Below, piece by piece: positions 37,571 to 48,300 of a DNA stretch of 64,000 bases. The stretch covers positions 2,401 through 66,400 of the forward strand of contig JAFOND010000214.1 in the NCBI GenBank assembly GCA_017418645.1, in the 5' to 3' direction. Below the pieces are notes generated by a model, which made no database searches, had not been told where the DNA came from, and was given only the letters and a program-made list of their open reading frames with translations. Positions within the stretch are counted from its first letter, which is position 1, and the number at the start of each line of letters is the position of its first letter. A program made the position numbers and the translations under genes. Origin of the DNA: Lachnospiraceae bacterium. GTDB lineage: Bacteria > Bacillota > Clostridia > Lachnospirales > Lachnospiraceae.

Positions 37571-37776
37571 CGCTCTATCCACAGGACGAGATGTATAGAG
37601 AGATGGCATTTATCTCGTATTACTTCCACTGGCCGGAGCATGAAGTGCTAAGTCTGGATCATGCAACAAGGCGAAGGTGGTGCAGGGAGATATCATCAAT
37701 CAATTCGAGCCTTACTCCCTCTGAAACAAGGAAGGAAAAAAGTATTCTGGAGATGAGTCCATCTCCGAAATGGTAA
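37550..37776 (+). CDS. DUF6760-like small protein (gpT-like), possibly reached by -1 frameshift
   Basis: LYPQDEMYREMAFISYYFHWPEHEVLSLDHATRRRWCREISSIN. No good start codon before the conserved region; it lies in the -1 frame behind the slippery heptamer AAATTTT (37549-37555). Confidence 0.7.
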
Positions 37777-37788
37777 GAGGTAAACGAT

Positions 37789-38985
37789 ATGGCAGGAAAA
37801 TATGAAGTTTTACCAAATTTTCGGTTTGTCCTTCGAGTAGAAGCGGCATTCGATGTTCCGCTCAAGTCTATACGACCGTTTACAAAAGAAAACGAGTTCG
37901 AACAGATAGAAGAAGGCGGGCTTAACGACTATGTCCACATCAAAAGAAAACATTGCACAAGACCGCACACCATTCAGGTGGAAAGATATCTCACGGAGGA
38001 TTTTTACGATCCCATTCCCAACGGCACCTCTTTTGCGCTGCCGCTTCTGCTGTTTGTAGGCGGAAACAACGGCCAGGAGTTTTCATGGGCGCCGAGAAGA
38101 ACCTATTGCTTCTTCGGAGCACAGGTTATGAACAAAGAGATCGGCGGATTTGATGCGGAAAAGAGCGGCCTCTTAACGGAAACCGTTACCATCGCTTATC
38201 ATCAGCTTTATATGATGGATACGCCGGTAGATCTTGAGGACGAAACATGGAGCATCAAGTCCTCAACCGGAACGGGCGCAAATATCGAAAATCTTTATGC
38301 ATACAAAGATGTTACCGTACCGGCACAGAACAAAATCGAAAAAAAAGATTTTGTCGCAAAGGCTGCCGAGAGAACCTGGCATTTCGGAGAATCCGCAGAT
38401 GACTTCGAAGGAAACGGAGTTCGTTACAGCGGCTCACCGGAGAAGAACATCAAGAAGAATACAAGAACAAGGAAGGATCTCGAAACTGCGGCAAAAGCAA
38501 ATACCTGGCATTTTGCGAAGGATCCGAAGAATTATCTCGGAAACGGAATCACCCATTCGCGTTCTGAGGTTGTGGAAGATCCGAAGGCAAGGCCGTATTA
38601 CAACGAATCTTCCGGAAAGTCTTCCGTAGGAACCACAAAGCTCGAACTTTCAATGAAGAAAGCAGAAAGAAATACATGGCATTTCGGACCCAGCAAGGAA
38701 GACTTCCTCGGAAACAAGAAGATACATGCAAACAAACTTCCGGAAGCGGAAGGTCAGAGAACCGATATCGACGAGAAGTCACTTGCAATAAAGAAAGCGG
38801 AAGAAAATACATGGCGCTTTGCGGATAACAGCAAGAATTACACCGGAAACGGCAAGATGCATGCGAAGCATATAAACGGCGAAAAGAGCGTTACCGAACT
38901 TGAGGCAGCGGCAGCCGAAAAGAGATGGCCGAACGCATCATATGCGCTTAAACTTCCAAAAACTCCTCCGGAAAGTCAGGAATAG
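37789..38985 (+). CDS. Second tube-like protein (Afp5-like) with C-terminal repeat extension
   Basis: FRFVLRVE, EEGGLNDYVH and ETVTIAY tube motifs, then four TW(H/R)F...GN repeats. Confidence 0.75.
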   Translation: MAGKYEVLPNFRFVLRVEAAFDVPLKSIRPFTKENEFEQIEEGGLNDYVHIKRKHCTRPHTIQVERYLTEDFYDPIPNGTSFALPLLLFVGGNNGQEFSWAPRRTYCFFGAQVMNKEIGGFDAEKSGLLTETVTIAYHQLYMMDTPVDLEDETWSIKSSTGTGANIENLYAYKDVTVPAQNKIEKKDFVAKAAERTWHFGESADDFEGNGVRYSGSPEKNIKKNTRTRKDLETAAKANTWHFAKDPKNYLGNGITHSRSEVVEDPKARPYYNESSGKSSVGTTKLELSMKKAERNTWHFGPSKEDFLGNKKIHANKLPEAEGQRTDIDEKSLAIKKAEENTWRFADNSKNYTGNGKMHAKHINGEKSVTELEAAAAEKRWPNASYALKLPKTPPESQE

Positions 38986-39011
38986 GATTAAGATTTAAAG
39001 AGTAGATAAAT

Positions 39012-41006
39012 ATGCTAACCGTTACAGCACCGATAAAAACAGTAATAAATCCCGATCTTTGCGGGAGCAACGAATCCTTTGCAAAAAGGATAATCGCAAA
39101 CTACGATCAGATGTCGGAATTTATAACAAGGGAAGATCTGTTCCATGTTGTAACACAGCCCCCGGAAGTATTCCTTGTGGACGGCGGCGGAAACTCATTT
39201 TTATCGGAAACGGAAATAAGAAACACACAGCTTAAAAAAGTCGAGATCATTAACAATTTAATGAACAGGATCCTTGTATCGGCGGATTCAAACCTTACAT
39301 ACAGGGATGAGGTGTATATCACAAATGTTCTTCATAAACTCGGAATAAGAGACGAGCGTACATTTATGAAGAACGTATACAACCTTCTTGAAGAGACGAA
39401 GGAAAAGAACGAGCTCATAAACGCTTATTGGGAAAACAGAGAAGAGCTTTCCCAGATGATCTCCTTCTACAGGATGCAGAGTAAAGAGGGAGATACGACG
39501 GAAGTAACGGAGTCGAATCAGGAAATCCTCCATCTTCATGAAGACGTGTTTAACCGCTGGATGACGGCTGCGATATACAGAGCCCAGAACAACTTCCGTT
39601 CCATGGGAGACAGCAATACCGTTATAAATTCCGATTCATATCGGATGACGGAAGAGATAAGGCTCTCACAGCAGATTCTTTTACAGAGATTAAGAGAATC
39701 CGTCCGGGGAGAAAACGTACCCCTTATATACAGACATGACAACTATTACGAGCAGCCGGGAGACGACGAAGCTTCTCTTGAACCGGAAGCGATCTCCGAA
39801 CAGATCGCATCCGCGGTGCTCCTCTCATTAACGGATAACCTTTACGAGAACATTTTATATAAAAACAATTCCGTCGGAGACAAGTTCTACAGAACGGAAA
39901 ACGCTTTTTACGGAGCCGCGGACCATGTATTCGAAAGAATGGAAGGTAACACGGCATATATAATTTCCGAACACAGAGCCGGGGACGTTATACAGGAACT
40001 TTCACAGCAGAATAAAACGGAACTCAATGCGATAAACGAGATCCTCCAGTACTATTACACAGGCGGGGACGAGGTCGCACAGCAGAATCTGTTAAACGAG
40101 ATCACGGAAGTTTCCATGCAGCATCCCGAAGCTGAAGTGATCGAAAGAGAAGAAACTTCCACGGAAATAAATGTTGACGCAAGAAATACGATAGAGCAGC
40201 AGCTTTATCAGACGAACCTTAGAAACGAACAGAGACAACAGGTTTATATGCAGAACCTGAAGAAGCTTTCGGAGAAGACAAAAAAGACGGCGGGACAGGC
40301 ATTAACCGAAGAAGAAAAGAGAAAAGAAGCTGAGTTCGCATTCCTGCATCCGGAAGAATTCAAAGAACAAAAGAGGGAAGAAGGAAGAAGAGAAATCGAA
40401 TCCGCAGAGGAAAGCATTACGGAATTTATAGAAGCCCTTCCCCCAAAGACCAGGGATGTATACAAAGTCATACGTGAATACATAAAGAATCCGGAAATCT
40501 TTTACGGAACAAGGATTGTTCAAAAAGATGCGGATATGCTTCTTATAAGAGAACAGCTTGAAGCTGAGAGAGAAGAAAGACTGATCCGTGACAGCAAAAT
40601 GATCACGGAAACCATAGAAAACAACACGGAGATTGAAAACCGTATAACGGACAGGGTACAGGGAATAGAGGAGACCGTAGGACGGATCACTCCCGAAACC
40701 GTAAGACTTGTCCACCGTGTAAACGATGTTACCGTCGATGAAGAGACCATAGAAAACATAAGACGTGAGATCAACGACATAAGGACGGAAACGAGAAAGG
40801 TTGAAAACCGGACCGAAACCATTGAGACCATAAACGAAAGACAGGTTAACAACGTTAACGACATCGTTATAAACACGGATAATACGGAAAATATCACACG
40901 CATGATCCAGGAAAACCTGAATCAGCAGATCGGTAACATAACGAGTAAAGTCTATGATCGCTTAGAGCGGCAGCTTATGAGCGAGAGAAGAAGAAGAGGA
41001 ATGTAA
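39012..41006 (+). CDS. Helical CIS protein at the tape-measure position
   Basis: E/T/N-rich helical sequence ending ITSKVYDRLERQLMSERRRRGM; lies between the tube and Afp7-like genes. Confidence 0.55.
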   Translation: MLTVTAPIKTVINPDLCGSNESFAKRIIANYDQMSEFITREDLFHVVTQPPEVFLVDGGGNSFLSETEIRNTQLKKVEIINNLMNRILVSADSNLTYRDEVYITNVLHKLGIRDERTFMKNVYNLLEETKEKNELINAYWENREELSQMISFYRMQSKEGDTTEVTESNQEILHLHEDVFNRWMTAAIYRAQNNFRSMGDSNTVINSDSYRMTEEIRLSQQILLQRLRESVRGENVPLIYRHDNYYEQPGDDEASLEPEAISEQIASAVLLSLTDNLYENILYKNNSVGDKFYRTENAFYGAADHVFERMEGNTAYIISEHRAGDVIQELSQQNKTELNAINEILQYYYTGGDEVAQQNLLNEITEVSMQHPEAEVIEREETSTEINVDARNTIEQQLYQTNLRNEQRQQVYMQNLKKLSEKTKKTAGQALTEEEKRKEAEFAFLHPEEFKEQKREEGRREIESAEESITEFIEALPPKTRDVYKVIREYIKNPEIFYGTRIVQKDADMLLIREQLEAEREERLIRDSKMITETIENNTEIENRITDRVQGIEETVGRITPETVRLVHRVNDVTVDEETIENIRREINDIRTETRKVENRTETIETINERQVNNVNDIVINTDNTENITRMIQENLNQQIGNITSKVYDRLERQLMSERRRRGM

Positions 41007-41009
41007 TAT

Positions 41010-41939
41010 ATGGCTATAAGTGAAGCAGGTAATACCGCAATCGGAACCGCCGCAATGGCCGGTTTTGAAGCAGCTTATAAGGGAGTACATCTTGCACTTC
41101 CCAAGGCTCAGCTTTATGTTCCGAAAACCTACAGCTTAAATGCTATGGGAGCAATGACTGCGGCAATAGGAAAAAACGATTCGGCGATCCTATCTGCCCT
41201 CTCAAAGAAGAAGAGGTCAAATTCCAGGGCTGCAACGGCAACGGACGGATTCTTTAAGAGAGGTGTAAAGCAGGCTCTTGGATCCATGCCGGTCGTAAGT
41301 CTTGCCATGGCTGCAAACTTAAAGGGCGCGGCTACAATGGAAGGCCTTTCGGAAAAGAATTATTCCGTTATGGAGGTTCAGTACAATCCGAAGAGCATCC
41401 AGATTTCTTCAAACGGCGGTGGAATGCTCCGTCCCCCTGCGGCGGGAGATGCGAGCGCGTATCAGATGCAGATCACATCAAACGTCATGAGAACAAACTT
41501 CTCCGTCGAACTTGTATTTGAAGATATCAACATTGCGGATGCCTTCCATCTTGAAGGTCTTTCGATGAATGCGGAAGAACTTGCACAGACGGCATTGTCT
41601 ACGGCGGTCAATACCATTGGAGACGGTTTTTCAATTCAGAAACAGTGCGAAGGTCTTTTATCGCTTCTTAACTTTAAGAGATTAAAACAGGTAATATTTA
41701 TGTGGTCGGATATGTTCTTCCACGGAGAACTTACAAGCGTCCGGGTTAGCTACGAAATGTTCAATAAACTGGGAAATCCGGTTCTTGCAAAGGTACAGCT
41801 GGAAATACAGCAGAACGACTCTTCCGGCGGTATCAGATATGTATCGGATGATGATCAGTGGAATACAGCTTTCGACATTGCCTTCGGCGATGCAACACTG
41901 GGAGCGGCCGCTACAAAGATGGGCGGATTCGGAGCATAG
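41010..41939 (+). CDS. CIS tube-initiator (Afp7-like) protein 1, no LysM
   Basis: VQYNPKSI and FMWSDMFFHGELTSVRVSYEMFNKLGNPVLAKVQL motifs. Confidence 0.75.
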   Translation: MAISEAGNTAIGTAAMAGFEAAYKGVHLALPKAQLYVPKTYSLNAMGAMTAAIGKNDSAILSALSKKKRSNSRAATATDGFFKRGVKQALGSMPVVSLAMAANLKGAATMEGLSEKNYSVMEVQYNPKSIQISSNGGGMLRPPAAGDASAYQMQITSNVMRTNFSVELVFEDINIADAFHLEGLSMNAEELAQTALSTAVNTIGDGFSIQKQCEGLLSLLNFKRLKQVIFMWSDMFFHGELTSVRVSYEMFNKLGNPVLAKVQLEIQQNDSSGGIRYVSDDDQWNTAFDIAFGDATLGAAATKMGGFGA

Positions 41940-41957
41940 GATTAAAGGAGATATCAT

Positions 41958-42860
41958 ATGGCTGATTTTGCAGGCTTAACAAATGCCTTTTCTACCATAA
42001 CGGGGTCAACCGCAAAAGCAAATATCCTTATCGCGGACAGAAGAATCGAGGCGGCAAAGCCAAATGATCCGAAACCTGCGGTAAGCGCGGGAACGGGTGG
42101 CGCCGGCGGTATCAGTATGCCTGCAGGGGCGCAGGTGGGAAAAATCGCTTCCGCGGCAAGCGGAGCTTCGAACGCCATCGCAGGCGCAGCAGGGTCCGTT
42201 ATGTCAAACCTCGGCCTTGATCCGTCTCAGTATATCGGTGGAGAGGACGACGAATTCAATAAGTGCTTTACGGTACAGTTTAACCCGGCATCATTAAACA
42301 TCACCGGATATTCCGGCGGTTCATATGATACGACAGACTTCTCCGAACAGGGTAAGTCCGCAAAGGCAACGGGACTGAGTACAAACTATTCCCTTTCCGT
42401 AAGGCTTATCTTTGACCAGATGGAATTGCAGAATTCCTTCCCGCTGGACGTTTTTGATTTTAATCTGTCCACCGCGTTAGCAAGTGTATATAAAATAGTA
42501 AACGTTGCGGCAAGCGGTCTTTCGATCTCCGTTCAGGCGGCGACGGAAGGTCTTATCGGCGCACTTTACAATCCGCGTACAAGGTATGTCTGCTTCGTAT
42601 GGGGACCCATGAGATATAAAGGCGTATTAAAGAGTGTAAACGCCCGTTATACCATGTTCGATCTTATGGGACGTCCCGTTCGTTCGGAAGTAAACCTTAC
42701 GTTATATCTTGCGGACAAGGATATCAAGCAGGCCGGAGGAAATGCAAATCTCGGTATGTGGGCAAATTCCTACAAGAAGGCGTTTATCGATACGGCTGTC
42801 GGCGGCGCGGCAAAGGTTAAGACGGCAACAAAGATTGCAAAAGCAGTATTGGGTGATTAA
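41958..42860 (+). CDS. CIS tube-initiator (Afp7-like) protein 2, no LysM
   Basis: VQFNPASL and FVWGPMRYKGVLKSVNARYTMFDLMGRPVRSEVNL motifs. Confidence 0.75.
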   Translation: MADFAGLTNAFSTITGSTAKANILIADRRIEAAKPNDPKPAVSAGTGGAGGISMPAGAQVGKIASAASGASNAIAGAAGSVMSNLGLDPSQYIGGEDDEFNKCFTVQFNPASLNITGYSGGSYDTTDFSEQGKSAKATGLSTNYSLSVRLIFDQMELQNSFPLDVFDFNLSTALASVYKIVNVAASGLSISVQAATEGLIGALYNPRTRYVCFVWGPMRYKGVLKSVNARYTMFDLMGRPVRSEVNLTLYLADKDIKQAGGNANLGMWANSYKKAFIDTAVGGAAKVKTATKIAKAVLGD

Positions 42861-42865
42861 TATAT

Positions 42866-44035
42866 ATGTTTGATGCATTTTCATATTCTTCTCTGGAAGA
42901 TGAGTATAATCAATTTGCGGATCCCGTAGCGACTATCATTGTCGGCGAGACAGACATCCGCGGAAATAAGGGCGGAGTTGCACTTTCCGAAGTGGAAGTG
43001 GATCTTACCAGCGGCTTTGAAGCCGGACAGGCCGCCTTTTCTTTGTATGACTGCTATGATCTTATAAATTCCACCTTTGAATATGACAAGATAAAAAACT
43101 TTATCATACTGGGTGAAAAGGTTAAGGTCTCATTGGGCTACAGCGGTACGGTAAGAGAGGTTTTCCGCGGCGTTATCGTACGCGTGGAATTTGTTGTGGA
43201 AGATACGGATGCACCCCATGTGAGGGTTACGGCAATGGATATTAAAGGGATAATGATGGCAAATCATTATCATAAAAAACTCCTTTCGGATTCATATTCC
43301 GGCGCAGTGAAAGAGATCTTTATGCAGGATGTGTATCTTGGCATGACAAACCCCACGGGTGTTATCTCAAAGCTTTCCATAAGCGATACACCGGATGCGT
43401 CGCCCTTATCGGGAGGAGGGGAAACCGCAAAGACAATAGAGATGGTCGGCGAGTCCGATTACGAATTTGTTGTAAAAGCCGCAAAGAAATGGAATTTCGA
43501 ATTCTTCTGCGTTGGCGGACAGGTTCTTTTCAGAGAAGCAAGATCCGATACAACAACTCTTATAACATTAAAGAATACCACAAAGCTTTTTTCCATGAAT
43601 GTTACTTATGACATCACGGGACTTGTACAAAACGTTTGTGTCCGCGGACTGGATGCCGGCGCGGCAAAGGTCATAGAAGGTAATTCCAGAAATTCAAACA
43701 AGATCTCTTCCAAGCCCAACGCCAAGAATCTTATAAGCGGATCGGAATATGTTTATACGGATCCCACGGTTGATTCCAAACTTGATGCCATGAGAAGAAG
43801 CTGGTACTTAAGCGATACGATGAATTACAGATTCGGCAATCTTGATATGGAGATCATGGGACTGCCGGAGATCATACCGGGAAGGTTCATCGATGTGGAC
43901 GGATACGGCACCGCCGTTTCAAATACCTTCTATGTAACGGGTGTTAAGCACCACATGGATAAATCCGGAAGATACATTACAAGAATACTCGGTAAGGCGC
44001 AGTCGTTACAGACAGACCTCTCGAGCCTGTTGTAA
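42866..44035 (+). CDS. Baseplate hub (phage late control D / gp27-like)
   Basis: VSLGY...VFRG, ESDYEFV..AA, GLPEIIPG and FYVTGVKH motifs. Confidence 0.85.
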   Translation: MFDAFSYSSLEDEYNQFADPVATIIVGETDIRGNKGGVALSEVEVDLTSGFEAGQAAFSLYDCYDLINSTFEYDKIKNFIILGEKVKVSLGYSGTVREVFRGVIVRVEFVVEDTDAPHVRVTAMDIKGIMMANHYHKKLLSDSYSGAVKEIFMQDVYLGMTNPTGVISKLSISDTPDASPLSGGGETAKTIEMVGESDYEFVVKAAKKWNFEFFCVGGQVLFREARSDTTTLITLKNTTKLFSMNVTYDITGLVQNVCVRGLDAGAAKVIEGNSRNSNKISSKPNAKNLISGSEYVYTDPTVDSKLDAMRRSWYLSDTMNYRFGNLDMEIMGLPEIIPGRFIDVDGYGTAVSNTFYVTGVKHHMDKSGRYITRILGKAQSLQTDLSSLL

Positions 44036-44044
44036 GGAGAGATT

Positions 44045-44878
44045 ATGGCAATATTTGATATCTTCGAAGAAGTAACAGAGAAAAACATAGTAAAATCCGA
44101 AACCGGCGACCCAAGAATCTTCGGAATCCTTGTGGGTCAGGTAACGGATAATTACAATATGCAGATGCCCGGCAGGGTCTGTGTTTCCATACATGTCCGT
44201 GACGAGATGAAGAATGTCTTAAAGTGGGCCCGGGTTGCACAGCCCAGTTCCGGCGCCGAGTGGGGACATTATTTTCTTCCGGAAGTCGGAGACCAGGTTC
44301 TTGTGGTATTCGATCAGGGAATAATAGACAGACCGTATATCATCGGATGCATCCCCAAAGACAAGGATAAGTTCTTAAGAGAGGTAAAGCATTCCGAGAA
44401 CATTAACAAGGTCATCCGCACAAGACACGGAAGCACCATAGAATTTATCGACGGAAAGAAGTTCGCGACGGAGGGAGAGCAGGAAGACGGCTCCAACGAC
44501 AAGATAAATATCTATACCGCGAACAATGCGCATACGATCTCCATGGATAACGAAAATCATAAGATCGTGATCCAGGACCAGCAGAAAAACGGATCCATTG
44601 AGATGGATACCTTAAACGGAAAGATAGAGATAAATGCCACTCAAAAACTTACGATCACGGTGGGAGAAAACATTTCCATCGCGCTGAACGGAATGACGGG
44701 AAAGATTTCCGTTTCGGCGAACGATATAGCGATGGAAACTGTGGGACAGATGAAGCTGAAGGGCGGCGGAAGAGCAGAACTCTCCGGTGCAACGATCAGC
44801 GTTTCCGCACAGGGAAAAGCGGATTTCTCCGCACAGGGTCTTACGACACTATCCGGAAAACCCATAAAGATCGGATAA
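44045..44878 (+). CDS. Central spike (baseplate assembly protein V, gp5 OB-fold/VgrG C-terminal-like)
   Basis: GRVCV, WARV, FLPEVGDQVLVVF...PYIIG and IRTRHG motifs, then a beta-repeat tail. Confidence 0.9.
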   Translation: MAIFDIFEEVTEKNIVKSETGDPRIFGILVGQVTDNYNMQMPGRVCVSIHVRDEMKNVLKWARVAQPSSGAEWGHYFLPEVGDQVLVVFDQGIIDRPYIIGCIPKDKDKFLREVKHSENINKVIRTRHGSTIEFIDGKKFATEGEQEDGSNDKINIYTANNAHTISMDNENHKIVIQDQQKNGSIEMDTLNGKIEINATQKLTITVGENISIALNGMTGKISVSANDIAMETVGQMKLKGGGRAELSGATISVSAQGKADFSAQGLTTLSGKPIKIG

Positions 44879-44897
44879 GGAAAGGGAAGAGAAAACT

Positions 44898-45365
44898 ATG
44901 GCAGATAAAGATTTTTTGGGAATAGGAATGAAGTTCCCGCCCCAGATCAATAAAGCGACGGGAAGGTTTGAGACGGTAAGCGAAGATGAAAGTGTACGTC
45001 AGTCGATCTACCTTATTCTTATGACACAGCTCACGGAACGTCCGCTGCGTCCGGAATTCGGAACGGAGATCATGGGCTATACATTTATGGATATAAATGC
45101 AGGTTCCATCGGCTGGATAAAAAGAACCATTCACGACCAGATAACGTTACAGGAACCCAGAATTTCGGATGTTGATATTTCTGCGGAAGTGACGGACGGA
45201 TCGGGCATGGTGATCTTTGATATCAAATACCGCGTTGCCACAACCAATACGGAAGACAATATTGTATTCCCATTCTATATGAAGGCACTGACAGAAACCG
45301 AAGAAGAAGTAGAAAAGGAGTCGGAAGCTTATGAGCCGCAAATTGTCGAAGAAGTTGAATATTGA
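44898..45365 (+). CDS. GPW/gp25 baseplate (sheath initiator) protein
   Basis: FLGIGMKFP, SIYLILMTQLTERPLRPEFG, EPRI and NIVFPFY motifs. Confidence 0.92.
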   Translation: MADKDFLGIGMKFPPQINKATGRFETVSEDESVRQSIYLILMTQLTERPLRPEFGTEIMGYTFMDINAGSIGWIKRTIHDQITLQEPRISDVDISAEVTDGSGMVIFDIKYRVATTNTEDNIVFPFYMKALTETEEEVEKESEAYEPQIVEEVEY

Positions 45366-48300
45366 TACGCGGACGGCTTCGGATATAGAGAACCGGATAT
45401 CCGAGCTCTCTAATCTGTATGATACCGGATGGCATTTTGACGCCGAAGATCCGGATATCGGTACCGCGATCGCAAAAATATATGCAGGCGAAATGGAAGA
45501 AAACATTTCGCGTGTTAATGATATCCTTGACAGATATCATACAGAGTTTGTAAACATGCTCGATATATCACTCCTGCCTGCAAAACCCTCCGCAGGGTTT
45601 GTTGTTATGGATGTTACCTCCGATACCGTTGAAGGAACGGGGGTTCCGAAAGGTACAAAACTTCTGGCAACAACGGGAAAGGGAGATCTTGTCTTTGAAA
45701 CGGATCACAGTGTTTACGTTACCGGTTCGAAGATCGTTTCCGCCTTCATGACGGACGGAGAAGAGGCAACATTTGCCCCGCTTCTCGGAGATTATCATGT
45801 TCCGCGTATCTACGGTGACGGCGGGATCGTTAAGGAAATTCCGGAAGAAGAAGCGGAAGTCCTCGGAGAGGAAGAAGAAGGGGATGAATTTGAGACCCCG
45901 ATGGTGGTTGCCGGAAACGCTTACGAAACGGAAGAAGTAATAAGAGAACGCGAGTTTAAGCCCTTCACTCTTTTCGGAAGAATGGAAGGTATCGGCATGG
46001 ATGCCATTATCTTTTATCACAAGTTTTTATTCGATGTTTTTGATGACGAGATATTCATTCGTTTTTCGGGAGCGGAGGAACTTGTTAAAGAGATCAAACA
46101 GGGCAAATATACCTTCAAATACGTGTCGGAAGATGGCCTTCTTCCCGTTGACCACGTGGGAATAATGCCGGACGAAGAAACCTTTGTTTTAAAGAAAGAC
46201 AAGGAAACGTTACAGGTTCCCGTGGGAGCAGATAAGACCTGTCTTCTTGCCCTCGTTGCGAACGAAAAGATAAAGGCTGTAAGAAAGGCTACTGATATAA
46301 GCTTTTCCGCAGAAGGTAAAAATGCACTTCCCCAGAGCGTTGCAAACGACAGCAACGATCTTGATATAGACCGCTTCCTTCCGTTTACGGATAACCTTGC
46401 GGTATATAACGAATGTTATATCGGTCACGACAGGTTCTTTGCAAAAGAAGGTGCAAAGATAACCGTATCCTTTGATCTTTCATTCGAGGTCAACAGGATA
46501 ACCCTCAGAAACGATGTTGAAGACAAGTCTTTAAAGATAATCAAGAGAAAGCCGAAGAACCGTGATGACGAAGTCTTTGCGGAAGCATTTGTCGATGAAG
46601 TTGCGATCGAATATTATAACGGCATAGGCTGGAAGAAACTTCAGCTTTTCGAAGATCTTACGACGGTATTTTCGGATGAGACCGCGCGCCACGTGGAATT
46701 CTCCTTTATCTGCCCGGATGACTGGGAAGAGGTGGAAGCCGGAGCATACGAGGGAAGAAGCATCAGACTTCAGGTAACAAGATCCGACAACTGCTATCTT
46801 TTCCCGTCCCTTCATCATTATCCCGTAATAACGGATCTTCGTATCTCATATTCTTTCGAAGATTCATATCTTTCCGCGGAAAAGACGGAAATGATAACGG
46901 GAACAAGAAGGATCGATCTTACAAACAAGAAAAAGAAAAGATCCGGCACGGTTCTCTTCTCCGTAAGCGATTATAAGGAAGATGCTCTGTATCTTGGGTT
47001 TTCCGGTCGTATAGACAAGGGACCGGTCAGCATCCTCTTTGAACTCGAAGAGGGAATCCGATACAACGGACTTCCGGTGTTCATAGAGTATTCCGCGCCC
47101 GAAGGAAGCTTTAAGAGGATAAAGGTAATTGATTACACGGGAGAGTTTACAAAGACCGGTGTTATCGCCTTTGTGCCGCCTTCGGACTGGGTTTCCTCAA
47201 CAATAGAAGGAAAGAAGAATTTCTGGCTCAGGATAATCCGTACAAAGAAAGAATTAAGAAGCGAGGATTCAACGGTTCTTCCGAAGATAAAGAGCATACA
47301 GATGAATGCCGTACAGGCTTCAAACGTTCAGACAAAGGAAGAAGAAAACGTATACATCGGAGAAGTTGTACCCGACATGAGATTTACCATAAACGCAACG
47401 GGTATCCTTAACGCGGATGTATGGGTTAACGAGATGGGTCGTTACTCGCAGGAAAAGATGCGCGAGATGAAGAACGACGATCCGGACAATATCAGAATAG
47501 AAGAGGATATGACCGGTGTTATCATTTCCTTCTTCGTACTCTGGCATGAAACCGAAAGATTTGAAACCTCGGAAGACAAGAGAGTATACATGCTCGACCG
47601 TCTTACGAACGAGCTTATATTCGGAAACGGAATAACAACATGGATCCCGCGGGTTACGGACGACATTGCGATAAAGATGTCCGTTCGCTGCTGCGACGGT
47701 GCCCTCGGAAACGTTGAAGCCGATACGATCACGGAACCCCTGGAGAGCCTTCCCTTTGTGGGAACCATAACAAACCCGAACAAGTCTTACGGCGGTTCGA
47801 ATATCGAGAATATCGATACGGCACTTCTCCGCGGAGCAAGTATCTTAAGTTCAAGAAAACGTCTTGTAACGATAGATGATTATCTTCGTGCGATAGCAGC
47901 ATTTTCGGATACCATCGATCAGACGGCGGGCGTTGTGGGACAGACCGTTGAGGGAGAGATAAACGATTCCGCTCTTACCTTCCTTCTTCTTATGAAGGAT
48001 TTCGCGGAAGGAAGCTTTGCGTTCCACAGGGTTGTTAACGATCTTAAGAATCATCTTATGGAGCATTGCGAACTTACGGTTGTTCCGGAACAGCTTCATC
48101 TTATCGAGCCGATCTTCGTTGATATATCGGTTGATGCGTGGGTTACTCTCGTATCCCTTGATGACAGTTTTGAAATCCAGAGTATGCTGACCGAATGTCT
48201 CGATGATTATCTTAATCCTTTGGGCTACGGTGATGGCAGCAGAGGTTGGAAGATCGGAACGCTTCCGAAGAAGCCGCAGATCCTTATGCGCCTCGGTATC

